Assembly (NCBI GenBank): GCA_950097015.1
Contig: CATNEN010000011.1
Location: 2,170,001 to 2,234,000, forward strand
Direction: 5' to 3'
Origin: Macrostomum hystrix
Taxonomy: Eukaryota > Animalia > Platyhelminthes
Length of the DNA stretch: 64,000 nt
Part shown: positions 12,570 to 24,969 of the stretch, piece by piece
How the letters are laid out: the number at the start of each line of letters is the position of its first letter
How positions within the stretch are numbered: the stretch's first letter is position 1
Position numbers and translations under genes: made by a program
Notes under the pieces: model-generated
Databases searched by the model: none
Seen by the model: only the letters and a program-made list of their open reading frames with translations
What the model was told of the DNA's origin: nothing

Positions 12570-15500
12570 TCAAATCGGATTTCCGGAAGCCAACGAAGAA
12601 CCGGTGGACGGCGGCTGTTGAAGGTCGCCCAAGGTCGGCGGGAAGGCTCCGACAGGCCTGCCGAACGGGAACGGCGTCAGGAACGGGGACCCGGCAGCAG
12701 CTAAGGAGTAGAGCAGCTGTTGCACCGCCTGCGATGTGACTGGCAGCGTCGGAAAATGCTGCGTCGATGGATGGCCGCTAGACGAAGCGGCTGCCGCGGC
12801 GGCGGCGGCGGCTGCGGCTGCCGCCATCAACGGATGATGCGGCATCATTGGCGGCAGTAGGTACTGCGGCGGCGAATGCGATGACGGCGCGGCGTAGGCT
12901 CCCAGCGGTACAGGCGACGTCACAGACGGCTCAGGATCGAAACCAGCAGGTGTCGCCAGATCGGCAGCGGCGGCATTGTCACGTGACTCGGGGCAGTGGC
13001 GCCGCATGTGAGCCTGCATGTTGCCGTGAGTTGAGAATCGCTTGGCGCACCTGGAGCATTTGTAGGGCTTCTCGCCGGTGTGCGAGCGGCGGTGAATCTC
13101 CAACGCTGACCTAGTCGGGCACTCCTTGCCGCAGTGGTCGCAGAGACGGTTATTAAGCCGTTTGGCAGCGAAACCGTCTAGCGGCTGTTGCACAGGAGTC
13201 GATGTGGTGGCCGCATTAATCTCGTCCACATGATCAGCCAAAGCTGGCAGCTGCTGCGGCGGTGGCGGCGTTGGCGACTGAACAGGCGGAAGCGGCATCT
13301 GTGCTGGTGGCAGCGGCAGCGATTGCGGCGGCGTTGGCGGCCGGAGTGACGAATCTTGGCGGAAGTTGCGCCTTTAAGGAGAATGTAACACGAGGGTAAG
13401 TTGATACAATGACTGATATTCACATAAGGTAACAGTCCTATGGGGGTGAGTTGCAAAGTTTAACACGTTTGCCTCTCGCACCGAGGTCCCTGAGCTCGAT
13501 TCCACGGCGAGGCCAAATTCATTTGGGGCGCAGCAGCGGAGAGAAGGCTTGGGGCATTGTCGCGCAATGTGCTCAGGAGTCTACTGACTTGCTTATGATC
13601 AAATCGAATTGAGTGATAATGAACTGAATATTTTAATTTTCCCCTACTACCACTGCAAGTAGTGCTGATGAAATGTGCTCTATCTGTGGTACGAGCCATA
13701 ATTCCCCCATAGTTTAAGCAGGCAACTAACCGATGCGTGAGCTCGTGCTGGCGCATATTGCCCTTGGTGCTGAAGCTCTTGCCGCAGTGCTCGCATCTGA
13801 AAGGCTTCTCCTTGGTGTGGGTGCGCATGTGGATGTCCAGCGCGCTGCGGCAGCTGCAGGCTTTGCCGCACAGCGGGCAGACGGTGGCGCCGGAGCGGCC
13901 AGCCGATGACGGCTGAGCAGATCCAGCTGGTTGAGCAAAGTTTCCACCGCAGTCGCTACCAGCGCTGCTGCTGCTGTTGCTGCTGAACAAGTTGACATTG
14001 CTCTTGGTGAGTTCCAATGGCTCAGACTGCACTGGCAGCGGCTGAGGAACTGGAAGCCGCATCATCGGCTTGGGATAGATGTTGGAAGATGTGAAGAAAT
14101 CGCCTGCAGTCATGCGGCTCAAGCCAAGTGACATTGGCAGCGACTGCGGCGGCTGTTCTGGACCCGGCGGAGCTGGTTGCGGCGGCATGTCCTGACCGTT
14201 CGATGACTGGCGCGATAGAACCAGCTTCTGCGCCTCCTGATGCCCGCCTAGGTGAGTCTTGAGGTTGCCCTTGGTGGCGAAGCGCTTGTTACAGATGGCG
14301 CACAGGAAGGGACGCTCGTCTGCGAAAGAAGATGACGATGAAAATGGGCTGGATGAGTTTGTGTCACTGCGGCCTTTTTATACCTGCAAGAATCTTATCA
14401 ACTGAGTTTTTTTGCGCAGAAGAAAGTTATGACACACCTCTTAATCTATGCTATAGTTTTTTTCATTTGAAAGGTGGCGCCATTAAATCTAATTCAGAGC
14501 TTCGGGAAAGAGATCTTACAATGATAAAAATACACCGCGCACTTGGTCAGCTCGCTAGTTCAATGCAAAGTTTGTTCCAAGAGCTTTTTTCTCTCTCCAA
14601 AAAATGCGTAATAATTTTGCAGCCTGGCACGAGCGGTAGCGAGATATGATTATGGGGGCCAGATAATGTCAAATAAAAATAATAGAGCTGTGACAGTTCA
14701 GGCTTCAGTGCCAAGTTTTAAAAAAGGACAAATTAATTATCTAAATTAATAGTACCACGCGCCTAAATTAAAACTTTACCATCTAGATAAGGTAATTAAA
14801 CGCTATTAATTGGTTCAATTAGTTATCTACAATAAATAAAAATACGTTAAGAATGAAAGCTAAAGACAAGAATCAATTTTATTCCAGATTCCCAGCCACA
14901 AGTGTTAACGTTCTGTTAAAAAATAAAATATTGCGGCCGGCAAAAACCCACCACCCCGTTCAAACAGGGCGCAAAGCGATGATAAACAGGTCGGGGAGGG
15001 AGGTGGGTGGAGAAGCGGGGGGTGGCGGGTGCGACTTAACGGGAACAGTGCGTCTGGACTGCGGCTGGCAGAGAGAAGAGAGACAGGCCTATGATTTCGT
15101 GTGATAGAGAAGTCAGACAGTGATGTTCTTTCTGTTTTTAGGAAAACAATCTAACGATTAGCATTAACAAATAGCTTTTTTGCTTCTTATTTTGTTTTTC
15201 TATTCTGTTAAGAGTGTCTGATTTTGCCAGACAACAACCTGATGGAATTGACTGCTGTTTTGTATTATTCAAATAACTTTTTGAGTGCACTTATATACTT
15301 GAAAATAGTATACTTGTTTACTTAAAGCAGCCAATATAACCAGCAGATACCGCGCTCACCTGTATGTGTCCTGTAGTGCATTATCAACGCGCTCCGGCAA
15401 CGGAAATCCTTCAGACACTCGCCGCATCTATTCAGCGGCTGTCTGCCAGCGTGCCGGCGCATCAGGTCACGCCACTTCGCATTTGGACTATCGCAGAAGA

Positions 15501-15785
15501 TCATGAATCTGGCGAGAGGATCAGAAGTGGTCTCAGTCGGGCAGCTAGACAATTGCTGCTGCTTCTGGTGTAGAGACGAAGATGACTGCTCCGACCAGTC
15601 TTCGTCGCCGTCCACATTGATTTCCATTTTGGAATTGTCATCGGCACAGTCATTGTTGATCTCATTGTCGAAGCCGCGCTTGCCATGGCTTAGATCGACT
15701 GGCGAGCTGGGCAGGCCAGAGTCTGCCGCGGTGGCCACGTGCTGGCCAGTACTGCCTGATGAGCTATCAGCCAGTATTTGATTGT
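12570..15785 (-). CDS. SALL: Spalt/SALL C2H2 zinc-finger transcription factor with three double fingers (exons 15785-15360, 14319-13731, 13371-12570; first exon not located)
   Basis: Three finger pairs with the SAL signature: C..C.K.F.CRSAL.IH.R.HT then [20 protein letters not shown] and [10 protein letters not shown]. Intron phases 1 and 2 join in frame. Confidence 0.9.
13442..13581 (+). mobile_element. SINE A copy 2 (internally deleted), spalt intron
   Basis: The head GGGGTGAG...GAGCTCGATTCC is joined directly to the GTGCTCAGGAGTC tail piece. Confidence 0.8.
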
Positions 15786-18529
15786 CTGCAAAAATAATTA
15801 TGCCATGCAGTTTAAAATAAGCAACGCGATATCATGATAAAATATGGAATTTCATTACATGAGAGAGACCTTTGAGACTTTTTTGGCCCTTTGGTGCGTT
15901 TTTGAACTTTGAAAAGGCGCGAAAATAAATATGAATAATAAGAGCTGGAAAGATAATTATCACCTCCCGAACCGAATGGGGAATGCATCAAGATTAAATT
16001 AGCTATAGCCTTCATTTCAGTTCACATTTCACGGGCCAATTTTCTATGATAGGGCATGCAACACCACTTAAATTGCTTAAATGCAGAGGACTTGAGGAAC
16101 ACGGAGCAGGATAGGATCAGAACTCGTTGGTTGCGCAACAGCTTTTCTTCAACGCTCGACTTATCATTCAGTGTAGATCTGTATAATCCAGCATTATATC
16201 AGCCCACCTGGATGAAGATTCGTAGATTTTATTTTCGCCACTTTCGATTATTCGAGTTCAATGATATTCTATACCTCGATCACATTGCAGCTTTTTATAC
16301 AGATATTTTTCAGCCTCTCTCGAGCTCGCTGCAATTATCTGCAATTACACTGTGCTCAACTCACCAGATAGACAAGAGCTGATTATTTCAGGTTGAAATC
16401 ATTCTTAACAACTTTAATCTGATTGAAATTTGAATTCAACATACGAAGCATAGCGTAAATTGAGTTTAATTGAATTGAGTCTATACGATTTTGATTGCTA
16501 TCAATAATAACTATTGACCCATTAGCTATTAATTAACTTATGTGACAATTATTTGCACAAGCCGCAAGCCCGCAACCACGTGACTTAACTTTTACCTTCC
16601 TTTCTATAACTATTTATTTATTAGGCTATATAGCTACGACAAGAAATTTAGATTGTTTACATTTTTGGTGAAAAAAACCGGATTGTGTCTAATTCATAGA
16701 GATTTTGTACCCAAGACCCTTCGGTCATTCTGTTCGCCCATAGCCGAATAGGCTGCAAGCTGAGCACCTATTTATTTATATAATTATGTATTCCAAGCTT
16801 TAGCAATGAAGACTTTATATAGCTAAAGACGAGAAGGAATCGTCAAATGGGTATTTTATAGAAACAAAACAAAAATGCATACATGATTGAACACCGAACA
16901 CCACATATAGATGCAGGTTGTGGAAAATACGGAACTCGTCTGTAACTTTAGAAGCCCCTCTACCTCCTCACCTCCCACAATATACAATCAGACTCGAAGA
17001 CTCATGCAGCTGGCGGGTTGCATACCAGCTATTTGCCGCCTATATTATAATACATTCAAAAACTGCTTTGCAATCTGCATGAATTGAAATAGTATTCTGT
17101 TTCTAAGCTTAGTCTGCGAATCGATAATTACATGATACGAATAAATAAACTCAGAGTATCAAACTCAATTTATTCGTCATCGTTTCCTGTCGGTTGTCAA
17201 CCACATGTAGCTTTGAGAAAAAATAACTTGACTCTGCATGAGCAAACCATCCATGGATTTGTGTCTGAATGATGCTGAATGTCTGATCTGAAGTATTCCA
17301 AACTGATACGAAAATTTCATTGATAATTCACCCACTAAGATAATTAATTACGGACTGATTAATTAGCATTTTATGGCCCGCTATAGATAAAACAAACTGT
17401 CATGTACTGCTCTTTTTAGCGTATAGCTAGAAAAGTGCGATTTAATAAATCAATTAAAACTAGGCCTATTCCACGAAAAACCACTCGACTAAATCCAACA
17501 CCGAAATATATAAATTTCTCAAGTTCAGATCCTAATTAAATATACAGAACGAAAACACTTCACTATACGAGACTCCTAAAATAAAGTGTCTAACCTTAAA
17601 CTCTGCTTAATAATGTATACACGTGCAACTGGACAAAAAGCCGCAGATAGACAAATAGCCACAAGATTTGTGCAATATTGGGTGCTGAGCCTGAAATAGT
17701 AGGTCAAGTGTAAATCTTCTACAAGCTAGACATGTGAGACTATTGCCTATATAAAAAACTGCGGTTTTGACATTATGCAGTTTGCATATCAATATATATA
17801 AATAATAGGTAAAGATTAAGTTGGGAGTCGGTGCACGACCTACACTCTGTTTTCTAAGCGTAACTTTCGAAAAAGTAAGTTTTTTGTTTGTGCCACTTCG
17901 TACCAAGCCAAGCCAAGCACCCAGCAGTAGTGGCAATGACCAGTCTATCTTTTCTTGTCTTCTAATCTACTCCGAGAAGAAAGTCTAATGTAAGCAGAAC
18001 CAAAAGACCTATATATTAAATTTCTGAATTTATTATAAATAATATCTAGGCCAAGTAGCTGCATAACACAGCCTGTCAAAATTGCAAACAGGGGCTTTCC
18101 TGGAATCGAGGCACGCTATGTTCTTAATTATTTAGCACGGAGGGCCCTGCACTATAAGATTTTAATCTAAAGAGTGAGATTGACAACGATTTTGCAATCA
18201 GGTTAAGGAAGTGAGAGATCAGACATACCAGAACTTGTCATCGACTCGTAGTCCTCGGATTGGGCACTATGTTGCACTTTAACTGGATCTCTGTCGAACT
18301 GACTCGTCATTATAGCTGTTGCCTCCGGTGAAAATTGCCTCAAGTCGCAGATTTTTCTTTCTTAGTCCACAGTCTGTCGACAAATCCCAAGTTTTTAATT
18401 GTTTCCCTTTTTACTTCTCTCAGTTCAGGCGGTGGGTGGGTTACGGCGGGGTTTGTTTTTTGGGGTAGTTGGTGTGGCTGTTTTTCGGGTCCAGCGCGAA
18501 GGTTCCCCGCGGGAATTTTGAAGACGCCT

Positions 18530-18575
18530 TAATTCTCATTGGCTGGCGCCATTTGACCAATGGGAGAGCGCCAAG
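18530..18575. promoter_or_regulatory. Candidate promoter motif cluster (two opposed CCAAT boxes around a YY1-like CGCCATTT)
   Basis: CTCATTGGCTGGCGCCATTTGACCAATGGG lies in a locally GC-rich island within AT-rich DNA. Motif match only. Confidence 0.3.
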
Positions 18576-19721
18576 GAAGCGGTAAACATAGCCTGCCATT
18601 AGCTTCGCCGCATCTGTACATTTTCATCTATATTGAAGCTAAAAGCATACATCAATAAAGTAAATGACTTTCAAGTCTGATATGATGGTAATATTGTAAT
18701 TAGCTATGCTAGACAATTATTTTTAATGTTTTTTGGGTTAAGGACACAAAAACCCTATTTTTTTATCAAACGTTTTCGGACACCATTTTTTTACTTTCCA
18801 AAGTAATACTTTTCCCTAATCTCACTTAAGGATTAAGAAAAACTCTGTAGACGTTATTTAAATACCTGCTCAACTTAGAATAAGGTCTATGCATTTATTG
18901 ACACACCTGATCTTTAGTTCCACCTGTCAGTTCGTGCTGGCCATATCGGTTTGTTGACAAAAAAGTTGACTCGAAAAATATTCAATTTTTAGTTACGCAA
19001 TACAGGATTATTGTGTGTGTGGCATGAGTAAACAATCTCATGTGAAGAAGGTGAGAGTTAGTTTGGGATATAGAATACTAACTACAGTGCCAAACAATAG
19101 AGGATTTGAGATATTTCTATTCAGCTATATCGAATGCCAAAAGCATGCATTTTATTTAAAATTGTTTGCCAAAAAGCACCAGATGACAAGGGCAATAGGG
19201 TAAATAAATGACTTATTTTTTTCATGAATGAAATGATGCATGGCGCAATTTGCAAACTGAACAAGGGCAATGATACCCATTGATACCATCTGGATATGAT
19301 CGCATGCAAGCACCAAGCATAATATGCAAATATCATGGAGATTATTGAAGTGTTTTGTTTGAAATTTAAGTCAATTAACATTTCATTTCTTCTCGTTCAG
19401 TCTTGTGAGTAAAATAATCTAATAATTGAAAGTAAAAAATGATTGTCAAATGTTCATGCCTGATTAACTAGCTTAATGATCTCCATGATATTCGACAAAA
19501 TTGATTCTCATGCACAATCTTCAGAATCATGAAGACTTCATATGGCAACATGAAATTATCTATATAGACTTACAGGTGTCAACTGGGTGATTTAAACCTT
19601 CCAAGTCCTAATTACATTGTCTTGCTTGAATAAGCTCCAACACTTTTACTAGATCCATGTTATAGGTGACGAATTGTTCGGATTTCGTCGACTTGATCGG
19701 TCGATTAATGATTGAGACAGA

Positions 19722-20690
19722 AATGGAGATGCAAGAGAAACAGAGGGGATAGAGGAAGGAACAGAAGGGATAGAGGAAGGAACAGATGGGATAGAGGATG
19801 GAACAGAGGGGATAGAGGATGGAACAGAGGGGATAGAGGATGGAACAGAGGGGATAGAGGATGTAACAGAGGGGATAGAGGATGGAACAGAGGGGATAGA
19901 GGAAGGAACAGAGGGGATAGAGGATGGAACAGAAGGGATAGAGGATGGAACAGAGGGGATAGAGGGTGGAACAGAGGGGATAGAGGATGGAACAGAGGGG
20001 ATAGAGGATGGAAAAGAGGGGATAGAGGATGGAAAAGAGGGGATAGAGGATGGAACAGAGGGGATAGAGGATGGAACAGAGGGATAGAGGATGGAACAGA
20101 GGGGATAGAGGATGGAACAGAGGGGATAGAGGGTGGAACAGAGGGGATAGAGGATGGAACAGAGGGGATAGAGGATGGAAAAGAGGGGATAGAGGATGGA
20201 AAAGAGGGGATAGAGGATGGAACAGAGGGGATAGAGGATGGAACAGAGGGATAGAGGATGGAACAGAGGGGATAGAGGATGGAACAGAGGGGATAGAGGG
20301 TGGAACAGAGGGGATAGAGGATGGAACAGAGGGGATAGAGGATGGAAAAGAGGGGATAGAGGATGGAAAAGAGGGGATAGAGGATGGAACAGAGGGGATA
20401 GAGGATGGAACAGAGGGATAGAGGATGGAACAGAGGGGATAGAGGATGGAACAGAGGGGATAGAGGATGGAACAGAGGGGATAGAGGGTGGAACAGAGGG
20501 GATAGAGGATGGAACAGAGGGATAGAGGATGGAACAGAGCGGATAGAGGATGGAACAGAGTATATATAGGATGGAACAGAGGAGATATTGGATGAAAGAG
20601 AAGGGATAGAGGATGGAAATGAAGGGATAGAGGATGGAAATGAAGAAATAGAGGATGGAACAGAGGGGATGGAGGATGGAACAGAGGGAG
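19722..20690. repeat. 21-bp purine-rich minisatellite (GAGGATGGAACAGAGGGGATA)
   Basis: About 45 units with a 167-bp higher-order block. Confidence 0.97.
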
Positions 20691-22034
20691 AGAAAGAGAG
20701 AGCGTTAGGCAAGTTAGAGAGGATAACGTATAGTTAAAAAAACGATTATGTAAATGAGTACGTACAAAAAATTAAATTAGAAGAAAAAATAATATTGAAA
20801 GGCCAGATATGTTACACAGAAGATTTGGTGAGAATGTGCAAGCTACATTTTACAATGGCAATTTAGCATCTATAATAACCACATACGAGCTAATAAGGAG
20901 AGATGATTCATGCATATTTTTCAAGCTTTTGTTGCTAACAAAAGCAATCTGTAGAATATGAAAGAAAAAGAGCAAACAAAAAAGAATTTCATAAATTTGA
21001 AATTTTTTTGTCACTGCAGAGCATCGAATAGCTTCAACTCTCCATGGAAGTTGAGTCCAGTTGAGTTCATGGCAATTGAAACTGCGATACAAGTGAGAGC
21101 AACAACATGACATGCAGTATTAATGCTATTACCTGCTCACGTCGGCTCACATTGTGCCATAAAATACATTTCACTTACTGACAATGCTAAACTCTAAAAT
21201 ATGGTTTATTACTCAGGTAGGACGCTTAATTGTGCGAGGGGGTGTTTTGCACCTGGAGGTTAGGAGTGAAAAAATATGTTTTAAGTAAATTTCTGCATAT
21301 ATCACAGATTTTAAAGTGAGAAATGATTGGTACTGATTGGTACTGACTGTCCCATCCTCTCTCCTAGAATTTGAAGGAATAAGCGAATCTCCCTATGGGA
21401 TGAAAAGCAGTCCCCGATTTCCCAAAAAACCCCCCAGACTTGGGATTTGGACTTCAGGAATCCAGGATACAAGATTCTGTAAAAAAAAACGAAATCTTAA
21501 ATTACGATGCCAAGAAATCCCCAAATGACCAGTGGGGATTTTAAAAAACTTAAGAAGACCATATGGGAGATAAAAATCTCCCTATAGCTTCCATTGGGAT
21601 AACAAGTATCTATCGAAATTCTGATTCCGATCTAATGAAATCCCAAAATTCAGGACATTGGATTTCACGATCCAGATTTTGGGTTAACAAATTAAAATCC
21701 TGAAATCCCTAAATCCCCAAAAAATCAACGAAATCCTGGGTTGGCTGTGAAGAGACTTTGAAATCTAAAAATGGATTTTGAGAAATTCTAAAATCCCGAA
21801 TAAGTATTTCCTTCTTGAACTTGGATTTAGTTATCCGGATTCTGTCATCAAGATACCTCGAAATCCCACATTAGGATATCATTGGAAATCCTTGCATGGA
21901 ATTGAAATTAATATTACTATGTCGGTTGGGGTAAAAAAGCAATCATAAAAAATACCTACATGAAAATCAATGAATCAATAGACCCGGATAGTGGCTTTTA
22001 CATAGATTTTGTTCACCAGTCTTTTGTTCACAGT

Positions 22035-22200
22035 CTACCAGTCCATGGACGGGTGTTCAATCCATGGACTGGTGGAATGCGACACCCACTTTCAATGCTG
22101 GTACCCAGTTAACAGCCTCAGCCTGGGCGAACTGAAGCAATGCAGAGAGAAAAGTCACAAACTGTTCCAGCGTAATTGGGAATCGAACACCCGACCACTA
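22035..22200 (-). mobile_element. SINE family B copy (CORE-like)
   Basis: The reverse complement has a B-box GTTCGATTCC, TGCATTGCTTCAGTTC(G/A)CCCAG...GGGTACC and a CCAGTCCATGGA tail, shared with 59245-59428. Confidence 0.7.
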
Positions 22201-22324
22201 CCCCATGCTGGAATACATCAAAATATAGAGAAATCCTACTATCCAGTGTCCAAAAGTTGCGAGTTCGAGAAATATTATAATTTCTAAATCCCAGGCAGCA
22301 ACGGAGATCATAAGATTACAGGCT

Positions 22325-22490
22325 GCAATAGGTCGGGAGTTCGAATCCCATCTCAATGGAGACAACTTGTGTCCTTAATTGAGAGCACCTAATTACCATG
22401 AGTATCAGTTCGCATAGTTATAAAACTGGTATTAGCATCAGCTGGGGCAGAACATTGTCCAGTCCATGGACTGAATAGCTGTACACACAT
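22325..22490 (+). mobile_element. SINE family B copy
   Basis: B-box GGAGTTCGAATCC, ACAACTTGTGTCCTT..., 3' CCAGTCCATGGACTGAATAGCTGTAC. Confidence 0.7.
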
Positions 22491-23924
22491 TATCTTTTCC
22501 CATATCTTCATATTTATCTTCAAATAATATAGAAGAAAAATGAATATGAAGTGTAGCATATTGCGTTGTGCACATTGTTGCGTTATTATCAAATATCCCT
22601 AGAAACACAATCTTCACCTTTAGCTTAGCAACAGTTGCGAAAACCCGGCGCTGTTATCGCTTCGGTAATCCGTTCTAACCTCGGATTTCCTAGATCCTAT
22701 ACTCAAGCTATAGCTTTTTATTAGTTCTAGTTTAACAATAGGGCCAAATTGAGTATTGACTCAACAGGAACACGCGCAAATGAAAGTGACAGCCTGAGGG
22801 GAAGATTTGGCGAGTACCATGCGAAATTCCCGTTTTTTATATAAATATGAGCTCTAGGCGTAAATAGCACACAATTGGGATATTTATGAAAATTGTGCGA
22901 AAATTATTTCACACCAGTTGTGGTCCCCGGATAACAAAAGAAGACAGCGGAGACAACGGACAGAAGGTGCTAAAAATGCCCCCCCCCTGCACCAACCAAG
23001 GCCTGCTATACAATGACGATAATCATAAACCGCATTAAAGCAAACAAAAAAACATAATTTAGCACATTTTTATTTATAATATACATCCCCGCTATTGTCT
23101 AGGCATGCATTCACTCCTCAAGGGCATTTTTCTAGGCCCTACTTATTATTTGTGTACAATAATGAAGGACGACACTTTCGCAATAGTCTATGGCCAAAGT
23201 AGAATTGACCTAGATTGATTTTATTAAAGATGTGCATCCAAAATAATGATCTACAAAATCATTGCAAAAGTACATTCCTCAAACAGAGAACTCAAGCTAA
23301 TATATTGTAAATGTCAAGTTCCCACGTGTCTCACAATCTCACCAACCATGATTTGTTCTCATTCAAGACAGTCTTTATCAAGCGGAAATCAGTACGTTAA
23401 TAGATTAATTTTTAGCAGATTTAGTTAAAAAAATATCTAGTCATTCGGTGCTGTTATTTACTTTTGATCTTTGTTAAATTCAGTTGATTCATGTTACAAA
23501 ATATGATAATAAATGCAGCTTAAGTTCAGTATGTGGTGCGAACGCTTGTTTGAGTAGCTATGTTTTGTGCTCTGCTCAATTGCTAAGCACAAATTTTGCT
23601 ATGAAAACATTAGGAGCGAATCTATCGTGAAAGAAAAGATTATAGATAAGATAAGGCTATAGTTGGAATTGCATTCACTGCAGTTGTGTCTGTGTCTGTG
23701 TGTGGATAGCTTGAAATACATTTGCGGAAGTCATTATTAAAATTTTAGTAATCTCCAGGGTAAGAGCGAGAGCAAAGTTTGAAATGTCAGAGAAGTAAAA
23801 AAGGTTTTTGAAAAATTAGGTTTTAGTAACTTTAGTTTTAGGAAGGCTAGTGTCTAGGAAGGTTATATTAAGAAACCTTGGCGACATTGAAAGACTCAAC
23901 GTTTTGGAAGTTAAAGTTCAGGAA

Positions 23925-24360
23925 TTTAAGGTTTAGGAAGGGAAGGGTTTAGGAAGTGAAGGGTTCAGGCAGTGAAGGGTTTAGAAAGTGAAGGGTTCAG
24001 GAATTTAAGGTTTAGGAAGTGAAGGGTTTAGGAAGTAAATGGTTTAGGAAGTGAAGGGTTTAGGAAGTGAAGGGTTTAGGAAGTGAAGGGTTTAGGAAGT
24101 GAAGGGTTTAGGGGTTTAGGAAGTGAAGGGTTCAGGCAGTGAAGGGTTCAGGAAGTGAAGGGTTCAGGAATTTAAGGTTTAGGAAGTGAAGGGTTTAGGA
24201 AGTGAAGGGTTTAGGGAGGGAAGGGTTTAGGAAGTGAAGGGTTTAGGAAGTGAAGGGTTTAGGAAGTGAAGGGTTTAGGGAGTGAAGAGTTTGGGAAGTG
24301 AAAGGTTAGGGAGGGAAGGGTTTAGGAAGTGGTTTAGGAAGTGAAGTGTTTAGGGAGTTT
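23925..24360. repeat. 16-bp minisatellite (GTGAAGGGTTTAGGAA)
   Basis: About 25 units with degenerate flanks. Confidence 0.93.
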
Positions 24361-24969
24361 AGGAAATTTATCAAGCTTGTAGTTTAGGTCTGTTAGATTT
24401 CAGGAAAATTGCAAGTTACTGATACTTCGAGTATAAAGGTTAAAAAAACAGAACATTTTTGTTTAAAAGACATAAAATTATACCAAGTGTTTATTGTCCA
24501 GCCCCTGTTGCCTCAGCATGGGAGCTTAGCAGAATGCGGTAGGCCGTCATTGGGATTAAATACTTTTTAATCCTGAGAATTCTCTTTAGCCTTGTCTGAT
24601 TATTCACCTGCTCAAGAACGAAAACTTAAACTTGATGATGCAATTGAAGAACAGGATTAAAAAAGTAAAAAACGATAAGGCCGTTGAAGCAGATCGGATT
24701 ATAAGAGTTGAAACAGAACTTAAATTTCTTCGCCGCTAAAAATATTCAACGAATTTAATCCTCACATTTAAGTCATAGTTGCTGCCGTCACGACTTCTGA
24801 GCACTGATGATGCAACTGGCTCTCGACAGTCAGCAGATTGCTATCAGATGGGAACTCGAAAGCGTTGTTGTAGAAATAGATTTTTAGACCACACACAATT
24901 AAACACAGCTCTGATATCACTAGCCAGGTGTAAGCTCTTGAATACGGAGTCCTGACCCCAAGGCTCATC

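Noticed and set aside
19705-20712. 335-aa and other long ORFs over the 21-bp array
   Set aside because: Periodic translations of a tandem repeat that lacks stops by chance; no splice or domain support.
21380-21900. GGGATTT/AAATCCC-rich region suggesting inverted repeats (similar texture at 37050-37300)
   Set aside because: Only short scattered complementary words; no definable arms, unit or TSD.
23925-24360. True interstitial telomere
   Set aside because: The unit is 16 bp and contains no run of tandem TTAGGG; kept only as a weak resemblance.
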